Origin: a virus
DNA: 16,945 nt
Direction: 5' to 3' (one strand)
IMG/VR virus record: IMGVR_UViG_3300045988_116329
The notes below the pieces were generated by a model that did no database searches, was not told where the DNA came from, and was given only the letters and a program-made list of their open reading frames with translations. Positions 1-8,072 of the stretch are shown piece by piece; positions within the stretch are counted from its first letter, which is position 1; each line of letters begins with the position of its first letter. The position numbers and the translations under genes were made by a program.

Positions 1-286
1 TAGCGCGGTACAAAGAATGCACGAAGTTAGTTGCGTCTAACTTGGGACTATAGTAGGCATACCATTTCAAAAAAAACGTCGACAGTCTTGTACCCCATTC
101 GAGGTACGAGACTGCACGTTATTTGAATATGTTATTCTATTTTAATATAAAATAATATGATGGGGGTCGTTTCGAACGTCGAGATTTTTGGTACACCCCA
201 TGCACTTCACAGTGGTACAGCATTAGCGCGTTAGCGCGGTACAAAGAATGCACGAAGTTAGTTGCGTCTAACTTGGGACTATAGTA
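1..286. repeat. Left inverted terminal repeat (ITR) of a linear protein-primed genome
   Basis: Positions 1-286 are the exact reverse complement of 16660-16945. This was checked segment by segment, including the A8 run at 69-76 and C115. Pairing breaks at 287/16659. A terminal protein gene and a protein-primed polymerase gene are present in the window. Confidence 0.9.
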
Positions 287-392
287 GGCATACCATTTCA
301 AAAAAACGTCGACAGTCTTGTACCCCATTCGAGGTACGAGACTGTACGTTATTTGAATATGTTATTCTATTTTAATATAAAATAATATGATG
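232..392 (+). repeat. Internal direct copy (A') of the terminal 162 bp
   Basis: 232-392 repeats 1-162 in direct orientation with only two differences: A7 at 300-306 versus A8 at 69-76, and T345 versus C115. The first 54 bp (232-285) lie inside the ITR. The last 26 nt (367-392) are the final 8 codons plus stop of the tailspike CDS. Confidence 0.9.
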
Positions 393-2034
393 TAGCGTTA
401 TCAGCTTCCGTTATTGTTAGTGTTAATGGACCGAATTCTGTATTCGATATCTTGTTCCTTTGTCCTCCTTTACCGCCATAGCATATCAAGGTTAATGGAT
501 AATTTGATGGATATGGTGACTGCTCTGATAATGTGACATTTGAAGTATTATTCGATGTAACATATACTGTGCCATAATATTTTACACCTTGAAACTGAAT
601 ATCAACATTGCTATTGTTAACGCCGTAAATAAATCCATTTAAGTAGCTTGATACTCTTATAAAAGGCGAATTGCAATTATTTAATTCAATTATTTTTATT
701 CTATTAGGATATTCGCTTTTATCTATCTTTAAAGATAGACCATATAAGTATCCCTCTTTTAAATTACACTTAAAAGCCATACCATCACTGTCACGTGACG
801 AAAAATTACCAGTGATTTTTAAGTTTTTTATATTGCCATTGCCAACAATACTTATACCCATTTTATTTAAAACAAACGACATATTATCAAGTATAATGTC
901 ATTATATAATTTAGGCTTGTTTGTGTTAAACAGGAAAGCTATAGTAGACCAATTATTAATGTCACATCTAGTCATATAGATAAATTGACCATTGTTATAC
1001 ACAACACCATTACCACTATTTGAATAAACACCACTAATATTGCAATCATTAAAATACACATATTCCGTGTTGTCAGTGTTAGTTACTGTTTCTAAGGTTT
1101 CATCTGTTCCAATGCTAACGCAATATTTAAAATTGATATCATTTGAACCATACCATGTGCAGTTATTGAAATAAAGGTAGCCTGTTTTACATGCAATATT
1201 TGTGCCTTTTAAGAAGTCTGTAAACCAACATTTTCTAAAGTACACATATGAAACATGTGAGTCATTGCCTCGTTTAAAAAGTATTCCGTTATTTCTGTTA
1301 TTACCACAAAAATATATATTTTCAAAATTGCAGTGAAAAAGGTTAGCTGAAAATTCAAACATATAACTATTACCATTATATAATAATTTAGTACCTCTAT
1401 TAGCGTATAACTCATTTTCGCCCTTGAAAGTAATGCATGTCATGAAATAATTCACTATGATAGGTTCATTAATTAAATATGTGCCACTAGGAAAAAACAA
1501 TGTTCCACCCTTTGTTTTTAGGCACTCAATACCTTTTATAATATAATTGTAGTCATCATTAACGCCATCACCATATGCACCTAATGCTTTGATATTTAAC
1601 TCATTTTCAAATATTAATGTTGCATATAATTCACCTGAAAGAGTTTCATAATAAGCGTTAGGCTGTATATCTGTAATGTAATAATAAGCACCTCCGTTAT
1701 CGTTTATTTGTCTGTAACCTAAAGTTTTTACTTTCATGTTCTTTTTTAATATTTTGCTCTGCTTCATTTCTGTTACTGTTGCAAAACATAAAATATTTTC
1801 TTTTGCTATTGAGGTATACTCAGCAATCTGTGCATTGAAATTGCCTGTATTTACCCAGTAATTTTCATCTTCAATATCAATATTCGATGGAACAGGAATT
1901 TTACTTGTAAAGCTATTTCCCACGTGAGTAACTACGCTCAATGCTTCATACTGTAAAGCCTTATTCCACTCACCCATAATCTTCGGCACATACCTAGCAC
2001 CAACATACTGTCTGTTAATTAATTCATTACTCAT
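367..2034 (-). CDS. Tailspike / pre-neck appendage-like protein with right-handed beta-helix (pectate-lyase-fold) domain
   Basis: 555-aa ORF with SD GAGAGG upstream. It carries the motif GAYGDGVNDDYNYIIKGIECLKTKGGTLFFPSGTYLINEPI, typical of the pectate_lyase_3 / phage tailspike N-cap. Many N/C/F-rich pseudo-repeats follow, as in beta-helix coils. It is the last gene of the late operon, where phi29 places gp12. Confidence 0.75.
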   Translation of the reverse strand: MSNELINRQYVGARYVPKIMGEWNKALQYEALSVVTHVGNSFTSKIPVPSNIDIEDENYWVNTGNFNAQIAEYTSIAKENILCFATVTEMKQSKILKKNMKVKTLGYRQINDNGGAYYYITDIQPNAYYETLSGELYATLIFENELNIKALGAYGDGVNDDYNYIIKGIECLKTKGGTLFFPSGTYLINEPIIVNYFMTCITFKGENELYANRGTKLLYNGNSYMFEFSANLFHCNFENIYFCGNNRNNGILFKRGNDSHVSYVYFRKCWFTDFLKGTNIACKTGYLYFNNCTWYGSNDINFKYCVSIGTDETLETVTNTDNTEYVYFNDCNISGVYSNSGNGVVYNNGQFIYMTRCDINNWSTIAFLFNTNKPKLYNDIILDNMSFVLNKMGISIVGNGNIKNLKITGNFSSRDSDGMAFKCNLKEGYLYGLSLKIDKSEYPNRIKIIELNNCNSPFIRVSSYLNGFIYGVNNSNVDIQFQGVKYYGTVYVTSNNTSNVTLSEQSPYPSNYPLTLICYGGKGGQRNKISNTEFGPLTLTITEADNATSYYFILK

Positions 2035-2054
2035 ATCACTTTTACCTCTCTTTC

Positions 2055-2465
2055 TTAATAACTTAATACTAAATGTCCATAGTCATAGTTACCAACACCG
2101 ATATTATTTTCAATATCTAACCCAGTAGTATTAAATGTAATATTCTTCCAATTAGCAGGAATATTATAAACAATATATCCACTGTCACTAATAGTAACAA
2201 ATATCATAGTTGCAAGATACTCTCTAATAATACTTTCTGCAAAACTAGTATCATAGTTATTAATCCATTCCTGCACCTTTTTCATTTCCTGCTTTAACTG
2301 TTCAACATCATTACTAATAGCTTTATCATTCTCAATCAAGTTATTAATATATTCAACGCATTTGCAGATAACTTCATAATAGCTTAATTCATCATCATAT
2401 ACTAATGGTAACACTTTAAAGCACCAAAACCTAAACTCTGTTAAGTCTCTATAATTTGCGTTCAT
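2055..2465 (-). CDS. Hypothetical virion/tail-associated protein (N-terminal VLPLVYDDELSYYE motif plus coiled coil)
   Basis: 136-aa ORF with SD GAGAGGT 5 nt upstream of the ATG, tightly packed between the lower collar and tailspike genes. The heptad-like segment is NNLIENDKAISNDVEQLKQEMKKVQEW. The function is inferred from position only. Confidence 0.6.
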   Translation of the reverse strand: MNANYRDLTEFRFWCFKVLPLVYDDELSYYEVICKCVEYINNLIENDKAISNDVEQLKQEMKKVQEWINNYDTSFAESIIREYLATMIFVTISDSGYIVYNIPANWKNITFNTTGLDIENNIGVGNYDYGHLVLSY

Positions 2466-2483
2466 TATTACCTCTCTTTCTCT

Positions 2484-3245
2484 TTACCATAAAGTAAAGA
2501 AGCAATCACTGCAATCCTCAATTATTCGCATATCAATATTGAGAAAAGTCTCTCTAAATTTCTTTAATAAACTACTATAATTTTCTGTACCTTGTTTGCC
2601 TTTTACTGTCTCAATATACTTATCAGTATTATTAATATTTTCTGTACCACTTCCAATTTTATTGTCATCCCTTGTCAAAGTATCTGTACTTTCATTAGTA
2701 GTCGTATTATCTTCATTCACCTTAGTAACTGTGGTCAATGGTACACTATCAACAATACCTTGAGTATCCATACTATTCTGTGGTGTATCACTAAATCTAT
2801 TCAAGGTATTAGTATTACTTGTACCGCCACCACTACTAACATTTTTACTTGTACCACTATTAGTTTCTGTGTTATTACTTGTCCTATTACTTGTACCGCT
2901 ACCCTCTCTACTCCTAGTCAAATCAACATCATAAAAAGGATTAAACTCAAGCAACTCACTTTTATACAACTGATTGTAATAAGGCATAATTTCATTGAGC
3001 TTAGCATTTAACGCTAGTTTCCACCTGCCTACAGTTTCATGTGCAATCTCTCTTGTATAATAATGCTTTAATATTTTCCTGCATAAAACTTGTCTATAGT
3101 TTTCATCAAATATAGGAAAGTCAAAATTAAAAATCTTATTCCAACATTTATCTAAAATGCTATCAACATTGTCTGCACCATCACTCTCATTCAAGCCTGC
3201 ACTGTTTTCGCAAATAAATCTTACCTCTGTTGTGTACTTACTCAT
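2484..3245 (-). CDS. Lower collar (phi29 gp11-like) protein
   Basis: The ORF-track start at 3257 is a GTG. The ATG at 3245 (MSKYTTEVRF...) follows SD AAAGGTGGTGA. The gene overlaps the portal stop by 8 nt and sits immediately downstream of the portal, as gp11 does in phi29. The call rests on synteny plus a conserved-looking N-terminal half; the middle is S/T/N/G-rich and low in complexity. Confidence 0.6.
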   Translation of the reverse strand: MSKYTTEVRFICENSAGLNESDGADNVDSILDKCWNKIFNFDFPIFDENYRQVLCRKILKHYYTREIAHETVGRWKLALNAKLNEIMPYYNQLYKSELLEFNPFYDVDLTRSREGSGTSNRTSNNTETNSGTSKNVSSGGGTSNTNTLNRFSDTPQNSMDTQGIVDSVPLTTVTKVNEDNTTTNESTDTLTRDDNKIGSGTENINNTDKYIETVKGKQGTENYSSLLKKFRETFLNIDMRIIEDCSDCFFTLW

Positions 3246-4137
3246 TGTTATCACCACCTTTACCTATGTCAATCTCATTACTTAAGTTAGCTTCACTAGC
3301 GTCAAACGTATCAAGTACCTCCATATCCTCTCTATAATCAACACTAATGTTCAATCCAAACATTTTGTTAATCTGCTCACAAGCCTGCTGTCTCATATAC
3401 AATCTTGAGTACCTACTAGCAATAGTACCACCTAAATTCCTTTGTACTTCATCAGTTATCATTCTCTCTTTCTTCACAGTATTAACATTACTAATGCCTA
3501 AATATGTCAATGCTTCATTCCAGTACTGTGTCTTTAAATCATATAACTTATCAGCAATATAAGGACTCGTAGTATCTAAAGTTTTAATACCGGTTAAGTC
3601 TAAATTCTTATCACCGAAAATAAATGGTTCATTTCCCATATACTGTGCATAGAGATTTTTCATAACTAATCTCTGATTTTCAGTACAAGTAATAATCTTA
3701 GGTGTTTTCTGTTGTATCACATTAACATCAATAGTTCTCTGTATCTCATACAACCTTTTACTCTTTTCCTGCACATCAAGTATACTGTTAGTGTGAAGCA
3801 TGTTATTAAAAATAATAACACTGTTGCTAGGGTCAAGTTTCATTTGATACCCATTTTGTGCAAAAGCTGTCCTAGTAATAGGTATTCTATAAACATCAAG
3901 TGCACCACCAATCATAACCTGTAGTCCTAAATAGCCCATGACTTCATCCTTAAAAAATACTGCCATTCCGTCATTGAAAAGAGCTAACTCTAAAAACCTT
4001 GCATCAATAGTATCGGGCAGATTCTGCCAATCAAACATTGAAATGCTTAATTCTGTCAGTTTATTAATGTACTGCAAGTATGTTCTTTGATTCTGTAGGA
4101 AAGCTTCTGATTGTGTTTTTCTTCCTCTTCTTCCCAT
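3238..4137 (-). CDS. Portal / upper collar connector protein (phi29 gp10-like)
   Basis: 299 aa. It aligns colinearly with the recalled phi29 gp10. Matches include [26 protein letters not shown] versus [33 protein letters not shown] versus NQNAQKTPVLI, and [10 protein letters not shown] versus KKERMVTDEV, plus a similar C-terminal region ([11 protein letters not shown] versus INELYGLNVKV). Confidence 0.93.
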   Translation of the reverse strand: [299 protein letters not shown]

Positions 4138-4152
4138 TGTCTCACCTCTTTT

Positions 4153-5712
4153 TTAATTAGGACTGTTATCTAATGAATAGTTACCTATTTCACTAGCATT
4201 TTTCCAAAACGTTATACCATTGTCAAAGATATTTTTTATAGCTGTCACATCATTATTATTGCAATTATTTGAAATTACATTACATCCAATAGTTTTAGTA
4301 TAGTTCCAATGAGGTCTACTTGATATATTAGGTGTCTTGACTCTTTTAGTTGCATAGCCATATAAATCAAAATAGTCATCAATAACTCTTGCATATTGCT
4401 CCTTTAAGTGTATTTGAAAATAATAAAAATCCTGTGTACTTCTTACAATTCCTACACCACTGCCTGCATTTCCTTTTACATAATTAGGTAATAATTCATG
4501 TTGTTTATATTCTGCTACGCTTTCTTTTATTTTATCAACTACTCTTATTTCACCTAATGGTGCAGTAGCAGGATTTAATATTGCAAGACTGCCTGCATTA
4601 CTAATAGTACGTTTTACACTGCTAGTCATTGTAACTTTATTTTGCGCCCACCATATTTTGAAAGTATCACTATCAAAACTACATAATGGTAAATTATCCA
4701 TTGTTAAAGCATTTTGATTGGCACTTATACCACCATTGTAATTAATAGGTGTGCATACAAAAGTTAAAGTGTTGGGGTCACAATCTACATCAAAATGGCA
4801 ATATTCATCATTATTAGTAAAATACTCATATTTATAATTTGCTATTTGACTACCACCGTCACTCATACCTATCATACAAAATGGTGACGTTAATAGTTTT
4901 TTATTACGTGGAACATAATTTCCATTTTGCGCAGGTTTTGTTATGCTAAAATTTTTTCTTATTGCAGTATTAGGCATATTTATCGTGCCGTCAGTTGGTC
5001 CAAATTTTTTAGGAAACATAGATATTGAAACTATGCTATCTGTGTAACCTTTTTCATTCATACCGGCAAGCCATGTTGCAAGTTCTTTTTCTTTGTCTTT
5101 TCCTTGTTGAAATACATTGTCATATAAAAGAAAAGCAACGCAACCACTTGACACACCCTCATACTTGTTACCACCACTGTATTGCTGATTGATAGTATAT
5201 GGTGATTGAACTAAAATACCCCATTCATCAAATAATCCAGTATTATGTTTGTTACCATAACTGTACTCACCTAGCTCTAAATTTTCTGCAATAATATTAT
5301 CACCAACATTGTCTGTAATACTATGCTCTCTTTCAACAAAACTTTCTTTAAGAGTGCAATCAAATAGAAACCAAGTTTGCATAACATCAATAGTAAAATA
5401 AACATTACTAACTTTATCATTGACATACTCAATATTAGTAATAAAAGCATAAAACCATTTAGTGCTATAATTAGTATTCTGAAACATCATATAGTTACAA
5501 TTATAAATACTTTCAGCACTAGCACTCATTCTTACAACGCCTTGCTGTCCATTTATTCTCTGAAAGCTAGCCTTATCCATAGTCCTGCTAACTTTACTTT
5601 CAAAATATTCTTTCTGCGCACTTCTGTTTGCAAAATAAATAGTATCTTTATAACTGCTATCTATCGGTACACCACTACACAATTTGATAACACTATTAGG
5701 CTGTATCTGCAT
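4153..5712 (-). CDS. Tail knob / distal tube protein (phi29 gp9-like)
   Basis: The preferred start is the ATG at 5712 (MQIQPNS...), preceded by SD AAAGGTGGTGA; the track start at 5745 lacks an SD. YMMFQNTNYSTKWFYAFITNIEYVNDKVSNVYFTIDVMQTWFLF matches phi29 gp9 YIMFQNADYGNKWFYAFVTELEF...FEIDVLQTWMF. C-terminal IFDNGITFWKNASEIGNYSLDN matches IFDNGITLWHTDNIGNYSVEN. Confidence 0.92.
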   Translation of the reverse strand: MQIQPNSVIKLCSGVPIDSSYKDTIYFANRSAQKEYFESKVSRTMDKASFQRINGQQGVVRMSASAESIYNCNYMMFQNTNYSTKWFYAFITNIEYVNDKVSNVYFTIDVMQTWFLFDCTLKESFVEREHSITDNVGDNIIAENLELGEYSYGNKHNTGLFDEWGILVQSPYTINQQYSGGNKYEGVSSGCVAFLLYDNVFQQGKDKEKELATWLAGMNEKGYTDSIVSISMFPKKFGPTDGTINMPNTAIRKNFSITKPAQNGNYVPRNKKLLTSPFCMIGMSDGGSQIANYKYEYFTNNDEYCHFDVDCDPNTLTFVCTPINYNGGISANQNALTMDNLPLCSFDSDTFKIWWAQNKVTMTSSVKRTISNAGSLAILNPATAPLGEIRVVDKIKESVAEYKQHELLPNYVKGNAGSGVGIVRSTQDFYYFQIHLKEQYARVIDDYFDLYGYATKRVKTPNISSRPHWNYTKTIGCNVISNNCNNNDVTAIKNIFDNGITFWKNASEIGNYSLDNSPN

Positions 5713-5768
5713 ATCTTCACCACCTTTACAATAGCAGGAAAGCACTTAAGCTCTCCTGCCATACTATA

Positions 5769-7136
5769 TCACGCAACTGTGATAGTTGCTTCACCAACCT
5801 TAGTACTGTCAAACGTGCTAGTAGCTTTAACAGTAATAGTTCCTGCTGTAGCATCGTTATTAATCTTAAGCATACCAGTACTTGAAATACTAGCCTTAGC
5901 GCCCTCTTCTGCAATGCTCCAAACAACACTCTGTGGTGCGTAGTTATCAGTATTAACAGTAACATTCATCTGTAACTGACCGCCTGCACTAACAGTAGCT
6001 TCACTAGGTGTAACTGTAACTGTATTAACCGCAGGCGTGCCTGCAACAAACAATGCATTATTAGAGAACGGAGAAACGCTAAATGTTTTCCATACATGAT
6101 ACCAGTAGTTCCAATACAGACCCTCGCCATTATACTGCTCTGTAAAGTTCTGATAGTTGTCAAAAATCATAAACCAATCTTTGTCAACCATAACACAAGG
6201 AATAGCATCAAGTGCTTCAAGTTCTGCTGTATCAATCTCTACATAAGTAGGGTCATCAGCAAAGAGGATATTTAATCTCTCTATGTCTAAATCACCGAAG
6301 CTATCTACAAGTACATGGTGTCCGTCAAATTCTGCTCTATCCATGTTAAATGCTGTCGCAAGTACTTCAACATTCATAGTAGCGTCAAACTGCGAATTAA
6401 CTAACAAATACTGCTCCATTTTTGGTGTATGGTTCATAACACCCGCAAGGTTATTTTTTGAGTTAAGGAATGTAAGTTTATTTGATACACCCTTAATAGT
6501 ACTAACAATGCTATTCATGTTTGCAGTATTGATAGCAGGAATTGTAACTGGGTTCATCAAGCCCTTTAAAATATGTCTTGCAAGCATATACTTCATAGTC
6601 TGAAACTCATCATAGTTAGCACCAGTATACATAGCATCTACAATTTTAGCAATTAAATCTGTAATGCCGTCAATTGACAGAAAAGCCTGCCTTAACTGGT
6701 CATTTGAGATTGTAGCTTTGTAAAATTTCTGGTAGTTCATAATGTGGAACGCACTACGAACATCCGGTATCTCACGCTTGAATACGTTAGACTCTGCTAC
6801 CTGTGGGTCAAACTGGAATGGCTTTGCAATATTAACAAATACCTCTTCGATAGACTCACCAAACTCGAGCATGCCTTTTTTAAACATAGCCCACGGGTTG
6901 TCATAAGATTTACTTGTTAAAATTACTCTACCTATTCTGTTTACAAGAGCTGATAAAAACTCATTCTGTAAAGCAGGGTAGTCCATAATTACTGCACCGA
7001 TTTCTCTGATTGAGTCAGAGTCAGCCGTAGCCTGCGGTACATAATCTTTGTAGTTTGTACTAGCGTTATTTCTTATTGCATTTAAGATGTCAACGCTTGA
7101 ATTTGTAAGTGTTTTAATTTTTGGTTTTACAGCCAT
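5769..7136 (-). CDS. Major capsid protein (phi29 gp8-like) with C-terminal Ig-like Big_2 domain
   Basis: 455 aa. [22 protein letters not shown] matches phi29 gp8 [33 protein letters not shown] and [17 protein letters not shown] match VDKDWFMVYDN and GLYWNYYYHVWQTLSVS. The C-terminal [20 protein letters not shown]...TITVKATS...GEATITVA is a typical Big_2 fold signature. Confidence 0.93.
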   Translation of the reverse strand: [455 protein letters not shown]

Positions 7137-7141
7137 AATTA

Positions 7142-7462
7142 CTAGCCCTCTCTTTCTTTAAATAAATCATCAAAGGAAATGTCTTTATCGTCATCAATAA
7201 TATCTTCCTTTTGGTCTCTCATTACATCCGTAGGTGTTGTACCTGCGTCACCCTTAAAAAATCGTGCCTTGTATTTTTCTCTCCACTCATTGTCATTCTG
7301 CTCATATTTTGACTTCCAATCTGTGGTATCATTTGCACGTGTTTCAAGGTCATTGAATGTATCAGTAAAATTCTCAATCATAGTAAGGGTATTATCATCA
7401 GCATTATCCCCTGCTAATCCTCTTACTGCTTTCATAAAATCATCATGTGAAAGTACTGCCAT
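7142..7462 (-). CDS. Putative scaffolding protein (phi29 gp7 position)
   Basis: The ATG at 7462 (MAVLSHDD...) follows SD GAGGTG; the track start at 7471 is a GTG. The protein is small (106 aa), highly charged and predicted helical, with an acidic C-terminus. It lies directly upstream of the capsid gene. The call rests on synteny and composition. Confidence 0.55.
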   Translation of the reverse strand: MAVLSHDDFMKAVRGLAGDNADDNTLTMIENFTDTFNDLETRANDTTDWKSKYEQNDNEWREKYKARFFKGDAGTTPTDVMRDQKEDIIDDDKDISFDDLFKEREG

Positions 7463-7481
7463 ATTTCTCACCTCTTTTCGA

Positions 7482-8072
7482 TTAAAATATTGGTCTGCAC
7501 ATCATCCAAATTGGCATACCTTTGCGCTTTGTTGGTGTAGGTGTTGGTGGGGTGGGTGGTGTGGGTGGTGTAACACCAGTTAAGTATTTATACCAGTTAC
7601 TTGCATAAGTTAATCTTTTGGTAAGAGCTTCTACTCCTGCTCGTTCTCTTTCATAGAGATAAGCCTTGCAGGCTTCTGAGACATCTGTTAGCCGTGAAAA
7701 TTCTTCACCAGTATAATTATAACCTAGCGCAGGTTTATGTATCCATTGACCACCATATCCGTTTATTATTTCATCCCACATTAACTGTGTTTGTATTTCA
7801 CCAGTAGCCCAGTCAGAACCTTGCGCACTTGCGTAGTCTGTTAAGTTACTACTAGGTGTCCATTGAATTAAACCCCAGCCGCTTGAAGTACTTGCGGTTT
7901 GTTTCATTCCTGGGTTTATATTAGACTCTTGTTGAAGATTACCTAACATACCTGCTACACTCTCAATGGTAAAACCTTTATTATTAAAGTAGCCATAAAA
8001 CTCTGTAGCGTTGTTTTCCATTTCAGACTGTGTTAAATATGCACTTACGCCAACTTTAACTATCCATGCCAT
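7482..8072 (-). CDS. Phage tail lysozyme-family peptidoglycan hydrolase with Pro/Thr linker and short hydrophobic C-terminal tail
   Basis: 196 aa. VAGMLGNLQQESNINPG...GWGLIQWTPSSNL resembles the signature of the phage tail (tip) lysozyme family. It is followed by TPPTPPTPPTPTPT and then KRKGMPIWMMCRPIF. Confidence 0.7.
   Translation of the reverse strand: MAWIVKVGVSAYLTQSEMENNATEFYGYFNNKGFTIESVAGMLGNLQQESNINPGMKQTASTSSGWGLIQWTPSSNLTDYASAQGSDWATGEIQTQLMWDEIINGYGGQWIHKPALGYNYTGEEFSRLTDVSEACKAYLYERERAGVEALTKRLTYASNWYKYLTGVTPPTPPTPPTPTPTKRKGMPIWMMCRPIF

Noticed and set aside
157-234. 25-codon plus-strand frame (MMGVVSNVEIFGTPHALHSGTALAR) downstream of the repeat-borne promoter
   Set aside because: It has no SD, it sits inside the B segment of the ITR, and the pattern there fits RNA/DNA stems better than coding.
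137-328. 63-aa minus-strand ORF lying in the terminal repeat region
   Set aside because: It lies entirely within the A-B-A' repeat. It has no SD. Its C-terminus (SYYFILK) is just the duplicated remnant of the tailspike 3' end. Its frame is created by read-through of the repeat, so it is most likely non-coding.
671-979. Plus-strand ORFs antisense to late genes (671-979, 2592-3011, 3347-3562, 3712-3924, 5377-5943, 6283-6603, 7179-7583, 8105-8314, 8500-8682)
   Set aside because: These are shadow ORFs opposite well-supported minus-strand genes. They lack SDs and encode low-complexity I/L/F/S/T-rich products, typical of antisense frames in AT-rich DNA.
3246-3257. N-terminal extensions in the ORF track (starts at 3257, 5745, 7471, 8747, 15492, 15869)
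   Set aside because: The extended starts are GTG/alternative codons or lack an SD. In each case an ATG a few codons downstream is preceded by a strong GGAGG/GGTGA-type SD at 5-10 nt, so the shorter coordinates were used.
5726-6163. Same-strand alternative-frame ORFs (5726-5965, 5966-6163) overlapping the capsid gene
   Set aside because: They are embedded in the strongly supported capsid CDS, specifically in the more GC-rich Big_2 region that relaxes stop-codon frequency. They have no SD, and their L/R/Q-rich products look non-biological.
7531-7572. GT-rich microsatellite-like tract (GGTGT/GGTGG repeats)
   Set aside because: It is the antisense of the in-frame TPPTPPTPPTPTPT linker of the tail lysozyme CDS. 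This is a coding low-complexity region, not a regulatory repeat.
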